DNA from: Phycisphaerae bacterium
GTDB taxonomy: Bacteria; Planctomycetota; Phycisphaerae; UBA1845
Direction of reading: 5' to 3'
Length of the DNA: 64,000 nucleotides
Assembly (NCBI GenBank): GCA_029260075.1
Contig: JAJDDY010000012.1
Coordinates: 2,176 to 66,175, forward strand
In this document: in pieces, positions 11,863-20,435 of the stretch
How the letters are laid out: every line of letters begins with the position of its first letter
Numbering within the stretch: the stretch's first letter is position 1
The notes under the pieces: model-generated
Database searches by the model: none
What the model was told of the DNA's origin: nothing
Seen by the model: the letters and a program-made list of their open reading frames with translations, nothing else
Program-made: the position numbers and the translations under genes

Positions 11863-13152
11863 ATGAAACTAACAGAACGTATTCTCAAGGCATTTCGATC
11901 CGGCGCTGGCGCACGGCCGCGACCGGGTCGTGTGGTGAATCCTCGCGCCGAAGATTCCGTTCGAGACTACGCGTCGTCGGGACTAACACCGTCGGGATTG
12001 ATCGCGATTCTTCGTGAGGCCGACGACGGGTCGCTATCAACGGCGATGCAACTCTTCGAGGAGATGGAAGAGAAGGATGCGCACCTGTTTGCGGTGGCCA
12101 ACACGCGGCGGTTGGCGCTGACCGGATCGTCGTGGGAGGTGGTGAGCGCCGCAGATTTGAATCCGCAGGCGGATCGGGCGCTGGCTGATGCGGCTGCGGC
12201 GCACGGCGCGGACGTGCTCAATTCGCTCGACGGTTTCGATGAAGCGTTGCAACACCTATCGCTGGCCACCGGTCGCAATATCGCGTTGGCGGAAATTGTC
12301 TGGGACGAGACGCCGAACGGTTTTCGGCCGGTGTCTCTGGCGCCCGTGGACTTCTCGCGCATCATGTTCGACGAGCTGGACCGTCTGCGTTTGCTTACGG
12401 CGGCGGCGCCGCGTGACGGCATCGCGCTGCCACCGCACAAGTTCGTAGTGCATACGCCGCACAGCGTGTCGGGTCATCCGCAACGTGGTGGCTTGCTGCG
12501 TGTCACGTCCATGGTCTATCTGGCTAAGAACCTGGCGCTCAAAGATTGGATGATTTTTTCCGAGGTGTTCGGCATGCCCGTGCGCATCGCGCGATACGAT
12601 CCCAGTGCGACGCCGGAGGAGAAGCGCGAATTGCTGCGCATGCTCGAATCGTTGGGCAGTAACGCCGCGGGTGTGTTCAGTCAGGCGGTCGAGCTACAAA
12701 TCATTGAAGCCAATCGCGGCACGCTCGGTCCGCCGTACGAACGATTGATTGAGTTCCTCAACCGTGAGATGAGCAAAGCCTGGTTGGGGCAGACGTTGAC
12801 CACGGACCTGGCCGGTCAGAGCGGATCGTCCGCAGCATCACAAGTCCACGAAACGGTACGGCAGGACGTGCTTGCCGACGACGTGCGCAAAGAGGGTCGC
12901 ACGTTGCGTCGCGATCTGCTCACGCCGATCACGCGCATGAAGTTCGGCGAGCGCGCGCTGGTTCCATTCTTCCGCAGAAGACTCCGTTCGCCGCTGAGTG
13001 TGAACGAACAGGTTGAGCTTATCGATGCGGCGGTCAATCGCCTGGGTCTTAGCGTTTCGGCGAATTGGGCGCATGAACTGCTTGGTTTGCCGATCGCGGC
13101 GCCCGGTCAAGCTGACGTACCTGGCGCCGCGACGAATGAACCGTCTGAATGA
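11863..13152 (+). CDS. Phage portal protein, Mu gp29-like (DUF935)
   Basis: ILREADDGSLSTAMQLFEEMEEKDAHLFAV... fits the DUF935 portal family. Position between terminase and protease agrees. Confidence 0.85.
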   Translation: MKLTERILKAFRSGAGARPRPGRVVNPRAEDSVRDYASSGLTPSGLIAILREADDGSLSTAMQLFEEMEEKDAHLFAVANTRRLALTGSSWEVVSAADLNPQADRALADAAAAHGADVLNSLDGFDEALQHLSLATGRNIALAEIVWDETPNGFRPVSLAPVDFSRIMFDELDRLRLLTAAAPRDGIALPPHKFVVHTPHSVSGHPQRGGLLRVTSMVYLAKNLALKDWMIFSEVFGMPVRIARYDPSATPEEKRELLRMLESLGSNAAGVFSQAVELQIIEANRGTLGPPYERLIEFLNREMSKAWLGQTLTTDLAGQSGSSAASQVHETVRQDVLADDVRKEGRTLRRDLLTPITRMKFGERALVPFFRRRLRSPLSVNEQVELIDAAVNRLGLSVSANWAHELLGLPIAAPGQADVPGAATNEPSE

Positions 13153-13232
13153 TCGGTTGTGGTCGCGCGTCGACGGAGCGCGTGCGACGTTGTGACGCAT
13201 GAAGCGTATGGAACACGGGCTTACTTGGCGAG

Positions 13233-14174
13233 GTGATGATGTCAGACAACACGTTTACAACGCATGAGCAAAGCAACGAAGTGACCGCATTGCGATCAGC
13301 GCCGCTTTCGGGTTCGACCATCCCCGATCGTGTGCTGGTGGCGCCTTGGGGTCAAGTGGAAAGTAGCAACGGGAGTTTCGTGGTCGACGAAGAGGCGGCG
13401 TCGCTAGCGGTGGCTGCCTTCGACGAGCAGGGCACGGATCTTCCACTGGACTACGAACATCAAACATTGGGCGGTCGGTTCTCTTCGCCGACAGGTCAGG
13501 CGCCGGCTGCGGGTTGGATCAAGCGCTTGTCGCCGGAGGGGGGCGTCGGTTTGATCGCAGAGATCGAGTGGACTGAGCAGGCCAAGCGCATGCTCGCGGC
13601 GAAGGAGTATCGGTATGTCTCGCCCGTGGCGATCATTCGCAAGTCGGATCGGAAGCTCGTGGCTATTCATTCGGTCGCACTGACCAACAAGCCGGCCATT
13701 GTGGGTATGCAGCCCATCGTCAACTGTGCGGCGATGGCTTCGGAAGAACTGTGTGCTGACTCGCTCGACCAACTGCGCTCTGAGTTGAAACTCGAACCGG
13801 AATCGGACGCGGCCGTTGTTCTGCTGGCGGCCAGTCGCCGGTTGGTGGACTTGGAGGACGCGGCGAAGCGTCGGCACATCGACGAGCGGATCACGAAGGC
13901 GATGCGTGCCGGCAAGCTCGTTGAGGCGCAGCGCGCGTGGGCGGAGGCGTTGGTGGCGCGGGAGGAGGCCCTGTTCGACGAGTGGTTTCAAACCGCCCCG
14001 GTTGTCTTGACACGCGGCGCGATCGCCAGTCCCGATGCGGCTGACACGGGTGCGGGCTACAAGCGAACGATCGCCGCAAAGGCTCGGGCCGAGTTTCACT
14101 CCAACCGGCTACTCTCAGCGCTGACGAGTGAAGAAGCATTCATATCGGATGCCCTTCGACATCAACGTAACTAG
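13233..14174 (+). CDS. Mu gpI-like head protease / scaffold protein
   Basis: VLVAPWG...GSFVVDEEAA...LPLDYEHQTL...AGWIKRL...EIEWTEQAKRMLAAKEYRYVSPV fits Mu-like prophage I protein. The C-terminal half is helical and scaffold-like. Confidence 0.8.
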   Translation: MMMSDNTFTTHEQSNEVTALRSAPLSGSTIPDRVLVAPWGQVESSNGSFVVDEEAASLAVAAFDEQGTDLPLDYEHQTLGGRFSSPTGQAPAAGWIKRLSPEGGVGLIAEIEWTEQAKRMLAAKEYRYVSPVAIIRKSDRKLVAIHSVALTNKPAIVGMQPIVNCAAMASEELCADSLDQLRSELKLEPESDAAVVLLAASRRLVDLEDAAKRRHIDERITKAMRAGKLVEAQRAWAEALVAREEALFDEWFQTAPVVLTRGAIASPDAADTGAGYKRTIAAKARAEFHSNRLLSALTSEEAFISDALRHQRN

Positions 14175-14259
14175 CGCGACCGCACGCAACGCTCGACACA
14201 TCAAACACAATTGACTCGGCTCGAACAATCACACGGTCCCATCGAAAGGATGACAAGAA

Positions 14260-15024
14260 ATGGCACTGACGGCAAATCGTGAAGTGGACCACTACATTGA
14301 TCAAGAACTGCGCAGCCTGCAGGTGGCAGCCACCGCACACGTGTACAAGGGCGGTATGGTCGGACTGTCGGCGACGGGGTATGCCCAGCCTCTGGTGGCT
14401 GGCGATCCGTTCGCGGGGATCGCGTATGAAGAAATGGACAACACGACAGGAGCGGCCGGCGATGTATCGGTTCGCGTGTATACGCTCGGCGATTTCGGTC
14501 ACGCGCTAAGCGGCGCCGCGGTCGGCGACCTCGGCCGACCGGTGTTCGCATCTGCGGAGGACGCCCTGACGTTCGCCGGATACGGCAACAGCTACGTCGG
14601 CATCGTTCAAGACGTACCCTCGGCCGGCAACATCATTCTTCGTGTGGACCCGACGCACAAGCTCATCAAAACGAGCACGCACGTCGTCGAGGACGTGGCC
14701 GCCGGTGCGGATATCTCCGCCCGGGCGATCCAATCGTTTGATCAGGCCGGATGGTTGGTGGCGGCGCGGGTAGTGAATCAGGCGACGGCGACGGCGGGCA
14801 TCGACGCGTCCAACACGTGCGTCATCGCGCTGGCCATTGACGCCGGCACGGTCGTGTCGGCGACGTTCGACAACGTCACGACGTTTCCCGCATCCAACTC
14901 GGTCAAGACGCTCGGCGCTTTGGCCAATACGAAGGCGGGCAAGGGCAACGTGCTCACGCTGGCGGTGACCAACGGAGCCACCGCCGATCCGGGACCGTTC
15001 CTCGTACAAGTCGACTACGTCTAA
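14260..15024 (+). CDS. Putative head decoration/cement protein (DUF2190-like N-terminus) with beta-rich C-terminal extension
   Basis: Lies between protease and capsid genes. The N-terminal ~110 aa (VYKGGMVGL...GIAYEEMDN...VRVYTLGDF) resemble DUF2190-type proteins. The functional call is weak. Confidence 0.55.
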   Translation: MALTANREVDHYIDQELRSLQVAATAHVYKGGMVGLSATGYAQPLVAGDPFAGIAYEEMDNTTGAAGDVSVRVYTLGDFGHALSGAAVGDLGRPVFASAEDALTFAGYGNSYVGIVQDVPSAGNIILRVDPTHKLIKTSTHVVEDVAAGADISARAIQSFDQAGWLVAARVVNQATATAGIDASNTCVIALAIDAGTVVSATFDNVTTFPASNSVKTLGALANTKAGKGNVLTLAVTNGATADPGPFLVQVDYV

Positions 15025-15111
15025 CAATCTCGTCGACGACTTCTGCGCCCATTCTGGGTCGGACCGCAGCGATGCGGTGGCATTTCGAAATCTGAACAGG
15101 GAGTTTCAGCA

Positions 15112-16035
15112 ATGGCTGTGATCAATACCGGCCTCCTGATGAAGGGGCTACGTAGCGAGTTTTTCAATCGCTTCGACATTACGAACACACACTTCGGGGA
15201 TCTCTCGACCCGAATTGAATCCAATTCGGACAGCGAAACGTACAAGTGGCTCGGGTCCATTCCGCGGATGCGCGAATGGGGTACCGGTCGCATCGCCCGG
15301 GGCATACGCACCGAATCGTACTCGGTGGAAAACCTCAAATACGAGTCCACGATCGAGGTCGACCGAGACGAAATCGCCGACGACAAGACGGGGCAGATAC
15401 GCATCCGTGTCGCGGAAATGGCCGAGCGTGCGGCCACGCACAAGGACTTCCTGATCTCGCAGTTGTTGATCAATGGCGAGACCACCGGCTTCAACAGCTT
15501 TGATGGCGTGTCGTTCTTCAACGACAGCCACGTCTCGGGTAGCTCGGGTGTACAGGACAACAATCTCACGTCCCCGGCGGTCGACCCGAACAACCCTACG
15601 ACGGCGGAGTTCAAGGGGGCTTTGGGCGATGCTATCGGGACCATGCTCGGATTTCACGACGATCAGGGCGACCCCATGTCGATTTCCGCGACCGACCTGG
15701 TCTGTGTCGTACCGACCACGATGTTCGTGGAGGCGTCCGAAGCCGTGAACGCCACGATCGTCAACAGCACGACCAACGCGCTACAGGGCGCCGCTCGTGT
15801 GATCGCTTTCCCGTGGTTGTCGGATCAGAGCAAGTGGTATCTGCTCAAAACCGACGGCGTCGTTCGGCCGTTTATTTTCCAGGATCGCGAGCCGGTCGAG
15901 TTTACGGCGCTTACGGAAGACAGTGATGAAGGTTTCCGGCGCGAGAAGTTCATGTACGGCGTTCGAGCGCGGTATCGACTGACGTACGGCTACTGGCAGT
16001 TCGCGGTGCGCATGAACTTCACGTTGCCGACGTAG
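15112..16035 (+). CDS. Major capsid protein, Mu gpT-like
   Basis: ETYKWLGSIPRMREWGTGRIA...YSVENLKYESTIEVDRDEIADDKTGQI...FDGVSFFNDSH matches the gpT major-head pattern. Confidence 0.88.
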   Translation: MAVINTGLLMKGLRSEFFNRFDITNTHFGDLSTRIESNSDSETYKWLGSIPRMREWGTGRIARGIRTESYSVENLKYESTIEVDRDEIADDKTGQIRIRVAEMAERAATHKDFLISQLLINGETTGFNSFDGVSFFNDSHVSGSSGVQDNNLTSPAVDPNNPTTAEFKGALGDAIGTMLGFHDDQGDPMSISATDLVCVVPTTMFVEASEAVNATIVNSTTNALQGAARVIAFPWLSDQSKWYLLKTDGVVRPFIFQDREPVEFTALTEDSDEGFRREKFMYGVRARYRLTYGYWQFAVRMNFTLPT

Positions 16036-16096
16036 TGCCATTTTATTGGCAGTTTATTGATCCACGCAACGGTTCAAACAGCGGAGTCTCGTCGTC

Positions 16097-16540
16097 ATGG
16101 CCTACACTACGAACGCAGATATCGAAGAGCGACTCTCCACCGCAGCCTACATTCAACTCACCGACGATGACGGTGACGGCATCGCAGATGTGGGTGTTGT
16201 GGACGAAGCCCGGTTGGCGGCGGAGGGAGAAGTCAACAGCTTCCTTGCCCGTCGATACGGCGTGCCGATTGATGTGACGGCTCATGCCGACTTGGCCGAC
16301 GTGTTGGCGTCGATTTCGCTGGACCTGGTCGAGTACCGCTTGCGATCGCGTAGACCGCCGGCGCCGGGCGACGCTGTCCGGCGCCACGGCCACGCGATCG
16401 ACTGGTTGGGGCGCGTGGCCGATGGTCGGATCGACCTTCCGTCGGCCACGCTCGTGGCAAGCGGTACGGCTCGTAGCCCGATCGGCCTGGTGGGCGGCGA
16501 GGATCGCGTGCTGACGCATGACGAACTTGCGGACCATTAG
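16097..16540 (+). CDS. Head-tail adaptor, Mu gp36-like (DUF1320)
   Basis: MAYTTNADIEERLS...DEARLAAEGEVNSFLARRYGVPIDV fits the DUF1320 pattern. It lies immediately after the capsid gene. Confidence 0.75.
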   Translation: MAYTTNADIEERLSTAAYIQLTDDDGDGIADVGVVDEARLAAEGEVNSFLARRYGVPIDVTAHADLADVLASISLDLVEYRLRSRRPPAPGDAVRRHGHAIDWLGRVADGRIDLPSATLVASGTARSPIGLVGGEDRVLTHDELADH

Positions 16541-16603
16541 TGACGTGAGGCCAAGACCCGACTGTTGCTGTAACTGAGCCCGCAGATTGAATGTGAACCC
16601 AAG

Positions 16604-17086
16604 ATGCCCACTGCCGACCGAACCACTACTAAGGCCACCATCGACGCACTGGTCACGGCGCTGCGTGCCAACGTGGTGGCCGACCCCCCAACGGCCGGCA
16701 AGCCGTTTCGCCGTGTGGGTGTGGCTGAATCGCTCGCGACCTCTTGGGCCCGTCCGTTCTTGGCCATTGTCCCGGAGCGAACCAAGCTCATCGGCTCTGT
16801 CGACAACGACAAGATCGTCGAGGTAGCGCTGACGTTGCGCATCGCGGTCGACGCGACCGCGAACGACCCGCACGGCGCCGTGCTCGACATGATCGGCGCG
16901 CTCGACGACTACTTCGACAGCATCATCGACACCGGTGTCATCGGCGGCGCCGAAGGGTTTGACCTGCGAGATTGGACTTTCGAGTTTCCGCGCACCACGG
17001 CAGGGGCGCGCGTCGTATCCGCGAAGTCCACGGTGTCATTCGTCGTCAAGGTGGAACGAAACCAAAACAGGGTTCCTGCCGTGTAG
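16604..17086 (+). CDS. Hypothetical virion protein (possible head-closure / tail-terminator-like)
   Basis: 160-aa ORF in the structural gene order. The N-terminus (ATIDALVTALRANV) is vaguely like DUF3168-type proteins. No firm motif. Confidence 0.6.
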   Translation: MPTADRTTTKATIDALVTALRANVVADPPTAGKPFRRVGVAESLATSWARPFLAIVPERTKLIGSVDNDKIVEVALTLRIAVDATANDPHGAVLDMIGALDDYFDSIIDTGVIGGAEGFDLRDWTFEFPRTTAGARVVSAKSTVSFVVKVERNQNRVPAV

Positions 17087-17542
17087 TTGGAACTGATGAT
17101 CTGGATCTTGGCAACACGGGGCGCGTCGACAAGACTTCGCGCCACGCCGTTCACGGAAACGGCCATCGAAGGCGTCCACAGCGTCGTCTATCAACCCGGG
17201 ATCGCGCCAGTCCCAGCGAGTGGGGAAGACATCGCTGCCGGACTGCTCGGAACATTTTCGCGCGGTGTTCATCGTATCTCCGGTGTCGTTTTTTCGTACG
17301 ACGGACTGGCTGCGGAGACGCTGTTTGCGATTGAGAATCCAATCGACTTGCTCATCCGCTACCGGGCCAACGGTCAAAAGCGACTGCGCACATTGTCCGA
17401 CGTGCTTTTCGTCGGAGACTCGCGCGTGACGATACCCGAACTGAACACCGGGCTGCCGGAGTCGATCGGCGTGCCTTTCCGCGTGCAAATCCCGGAGGGC
17501 AACAAGATTGCCAACCACGTGACCGATGCGGTGGAGGTATAG
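17087..17542 (+). CDS. Hypothetical virion protein
   Basis: ORF starts directly after the previous stop (TTG 17087 or ATG 17096). No recognisable motif. Confidence 0.55.
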   Translation: MELMIWILATRGASTRLRATPFTETAIEGVHSVVYQPGIAPVPASGEDIAAGLLGTFSRGVHRISGVVFSYDGLAAETLFAIENPIDLLIRYRANGQKRLRTLSDVLFVGDSRVTIPELNTGLPESIGVPFRVQIPEGNKIANHVTDAVEV

Positions 17543-17544
17543 CG

Positions 17545-17991
17545 ATGGCCATCAACCGACTAAGTGCGCTTCGCGCCGTGACGAAGGAGTTGAACCTCCA
17601 GAATCTCGAACTGGAGGAACTTCGCGCCCGGCAGATGCGGGCCGTCCTGATCAAGACCGCTTCGGGAACCGGCGACATAGAACATGTGTTCAAGCTGGAC
17701 CGCAAGTTCCGCGTAGTGTTTGTGCGATGTCACTTTGTTGGCACTTTGTCTACGGCTGAATTCGCCCTATCCGTGGATTCGGCCAGCGGTTCGGCGTTTG
17801 ATACGAAGTTGTTTTCCATCGCCCAGGCCGGTGGCGGCCAGGATGTACACTTGCGGACGGACGACGGCGGTACCTCCGAACCCTCGCCTTGGACGTTTCA
17901 AACCGGCGACCAAATCCGCATTGACTGGACCAACCCGGACAGCGGCAACATTACCTGGGGGCTTGAAGTAGGATTCGTACTGGCCTCCTGA
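17545..17991 (+). CDS. Hypothetical virion protein
   Basis: ATG 17545 preceded by GGTGGAGG, 2 nt after the previous stop. Beta-rich C-terminus. Confidence 0.65.
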   Translation: MAINRLSALRAVTKELNLQNLELEELRARQMRAVLIKTASGTGDIEHVFKLDRKFRVVFVRCHFVGTLSTAEFALSVDSASGSAFDTKLFSIAQAGGGQDVHLRTDDGGTSEPSPWTFQTGDQIRIDWTNPDSGNITWGLEVGFVLAS

Positions 17992-18004
17992 CGGAACGCT
18001 TGAT

Positions 18005-18826
18005 ATGCCGAACACGAATCGAACCAGCACGCACAACCGTGCCGGCCGCGCCGACCAGGACAGCTATCACCCCGGCGCGCCGACCGACTGGTCGAACCCC
18101 GAACCAAGGACCGTGCAACAGGGCTTGGACGATCTCGCCGCGCAGTCTCACCCGGTGAACGACACCACGCCGCTGGTTCAAGATCCTGTCGACAGCGCAC
18201 GACGAATGCGGATCGACGTGGGGGCGGTTGCGACGGGCACCGTGCGCGTGCTCACGATTCCCGATCGCGATGTCGACCTTTCGTCCGGCGGTACGTTTGC
18301 CGAATTCACGCACGCATCAACACACGAATCCGGTGGCGCGGATGCGATCAACCACGACAACTTGACGGGCTTCGTCGCCGGCGAGCATGTAGACCACTCG
18401 TTAGTATCCGTACTTGCGGGGACCGGACTAAGCGGTGGCGGAACGATCGACTCCGATCGAACGCTCAACGTCAGCACGGCGTTGCGCACACGGACCGCCA
18501 TATTCTACATCCAAGATCCCAAGAGCACGGACGTTATTCCGATCCTCTTCACCAAGGACGCGATGACCATCTCCAAGGTCTACGCCGTGACAAGCTCAGC
18601 CACCGTAACGTTCAATCTCTACGAGAGAACCCTCGCGAATACGTTTACGGTTTCCGGCGAGTCCAAAATCATGACGTCGGATCTGGTGGCTGATACGAAT
18701 TCAGAAACCACAACGATCTTCATAGACGCAGCGATCGCTGCCGAGCGTGGCATCATATTCAAGGCCGTGTCCACAACGGGAAGCCCCGGGCAACTTATGG
18801 TGGCGGTCAGCTACACGGTTGACTAA
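18005..18826 (+). CDS. Putative tail-fibre / receptor-binding-like protein
   Basis: ATG 18005. The His-rich segment HASTHESGGADAINHDNLTGFVAGEHVDHS resembles the H-x-H...D-I...L-x-G segments of many phage minor tail/fibre proteins (from memory). Beta-rich C-terminus. Confidence 0.55.
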   Translation: MPNTNRTSTHNRAGRADQDSYHPGAPTDWSNPEPRTVQQGLDDLAAQSHPVNDTTPLVQDPVDSARRMRIDVGAVATGTVRVLTIPDRDVDLSSGGTFAEFTHASTHESGGADAINHDNLTGFVAGEHVDHSLVSVLAGTGLSGGGTIDSDRTLNVSTALRTRTAIFYIQDPKSTDVIPILFTKDAMTISKVYAVTSSATVTFNLYERTLANTFTVSGESKIMTSDLVADTNSETTTIFIDAAIAAERGIIFKAVSTTGSPGQLMVAVSYTVD

Positions 18827-18963
18827 GAACGTGTGTGGGTAGATGTATTCGAGGGCTTGCGATGAACCGAGCCGTGCCCGTAACGAAGCGGTTGTTCGCC
18901 TCGCACATTGACCGCTTCCTTACGGGCGCGGCTCGGAAAGAGACTGCTTGCACACGTTCTAAG
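18823..18963. repeat. Family-A nested palindromic element, copy A2 (full length, inside the virion cluster)
   Basis: CTAAGAACGTGTG...GAACCGAGCCGTGCCCGTAACGAAGCGG-loop-CCGCTTCCTTACGGGCGCGGCTCGG...CACACGTTCTAAG. It overlaps the TAA stop of the upstream CDS. Confidence 0.85.
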
Positions 18964-19063
18964 ATGTTCGCGCGGAACGGGATGGCCCGGCATGTTGGCG
19001 GCGTGGCCAAAGGCCGGAACGCATCGCCGGCAATTGTTGGGAAGTTTTGTAAGGCATTCTGCG

Positions 19064-20293
19064 ATGGCAATATCACTCATCGATTTCGATGGCGCGAATT
19101 CCGGGAGCATCCACACGCTTGGTACGGGTCAAGCAGGCGTGGTCGCTGTGGGCACACCTGCGCCGTTGAGTTCGAAGGAAACGTTCGTCTACAGGATCGA
19201 CAACTTAGGCAGCCCGTCAAAACTGGTCGCCGATATGTTCGCACCAGATACGGAGTGGATTACGGTCGGGTTCATCGCCCGATGGAATAGCCTTGGCACC
19301 TTGAGCGCCACGCCGAAATTCTTTCAAGCCCACGACGCTTTGCCGCATTTCTACCTGAAGTGGGACAAGGACAACGGCGACGTCAAGCTCTACAACGCTT
19401 CCAACGCCTTGCAGGATACGGCAAGCGACATCATCTCTGTCGACACGTGGTATCGGTTCGAGATGAAGTGGAAGCAATCAAGCGCCGGTCAGTTTCAACT
19501 CCGCGTCAACGGCGACTTGGCCATCGACGTCGCCTCGATGAATCTGAAGAATTCGGGAACATCCAATGTGACGCCCGTGTGGACAAACGGATCCAATCAA
19601 GCAGAGATCGTCAACGTCTACATCGGGTCGTACTACGTATATACTGACGACGGCACAAGTATTGACACGAACACGACATTTCTTGGTGACTACACCGTCC
19701 TCGGGTCGTTTGAATCGGGAACTCAGGGCGCCACGGGCGACTTCTCCGGTGAAGACACGTTGGGTTCATCGACAACGCTCGCGATGTGTCAGGACACGCC
19801 GTCGGACGACACCGACAGCGCGAAGATGGTCATTTCATCCGAGGGGCAGAGGAAAACCGGTGTGGCCACGGACCACGCGACGGCGACCATCGCCGGACCA
19901 CGCAACAACCCGGACGTAGACGACTTGATCAAAGGGGCCAAGTGGACCTGGCGACACACGGGGCCGAACGCACAGTTCGGGCAGTCCATGAAATTCTTCG
20001 GCCGCTACGGACGGCAATCGAACGTCAACAAAAACACACCCAACGTCGTCGAGACACCTGCCTTCGGCGCGACCATGTCCACGACGAAAGCCAACCTGTC
20101 CATCGTCGAGGTTGCTTCCGGTTCATCCGGTAACGTCCCCGACAAAACGGAATGGTTTCAGCAGGGGTTTCGTATCGACAATCAGTTCACGTCACAGAAG
20201 ACCGGCGAGTGCGTGGATATGTGGAATCAAACCCTACACAAAGAACGTCGACAGGTCGTCGTCGGCGGAAAAACGCAAAGGTTGCCGTCGTGA
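19064..20293 (+). CDS. Hypothetical virion protein with LamG/concanavalin-like N-terminal domain
   Basis: ATG 19064 (MAISLIDFDG...). The listed ORF start at 18908 lies inside repeat A2. WYRFEMKWKQSSAGQFQLRVNGDL is typical of a lectin-like jelly roll. Last gene of the cluster. Confidence 0.65.
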   Translation: MAISLIDFDGANSGSIHTLGTGQAGVVAVGTPAPLSSKETFVYRIDNLGSPSKLVADMFAPDTEWITVGFIARWNSLGTLSATPKFFQAHDALPHFYLKWDKDNGDVKLYNASNALQDTASDIISVDTWYRFEMKWKQSSAGQFQLRVNGDLAIDVASMNLKNSGTSNVTPVWTNGSNQAEIVNVYIGSYYVYTDDGTSIDTNTTFLGDYTVLGSFESGTQGATGDFSGEDTLGSSTTLAMCQDTPSDDTDSAKMVISSEGQRKTGVATDHATATIAGPRNNPDVDDLIKGAKWTWRHTGPNAQFGQSMKFFGRYGRQSNVNKNTPNVVETPAFGATMSTTKANLSIVEVASGSSGNVPDKTEWFQQGFRIDNQFTSQKTGECVDMWNQTLHKERRQVVVGGKTQRLPS

Positions 20294-20371
20294 CATTGAC
20301 GCTCATCGTCGATGCGCTGAACAGATACGTGCGTCGGCACGAGAGCCTTTCAATGCAGCCCCACTGAACGA

Positions 20372-20409
20372 GTGTGGTACCCGCTTCCAGCCGGTGATCC
20401 ATCGGCGAT
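20372..20409. repeat. Family-B hairpin repeat, copy B3 (terminator-like)
   Basis: GTGTGGTACCCGCTTCCAGCCGGTGATCCATCGGCGA, 79 nt after the last virion-cluster stop. Confidence 0.7.
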
Positions 20410-20435
20410 CGACACCAACGTTCTCGGCAACAGCG

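Larger units (their letters stand above)
10448..20293 (+). mobile_element. Mu-type virion gene cluster, structural genes only (prophage remnant or GTA-like/domesticated element)
   Basis: Eleven co-oriented, tightly spaced ORFs running terminase-portal-protease/scaffold-decoration-capsid-adaptor, then five unknowns. No integrase/transposase, regulator, lysis, small-terminase or tape-measure ORF here or in the flanks. Confidence 0.75.
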
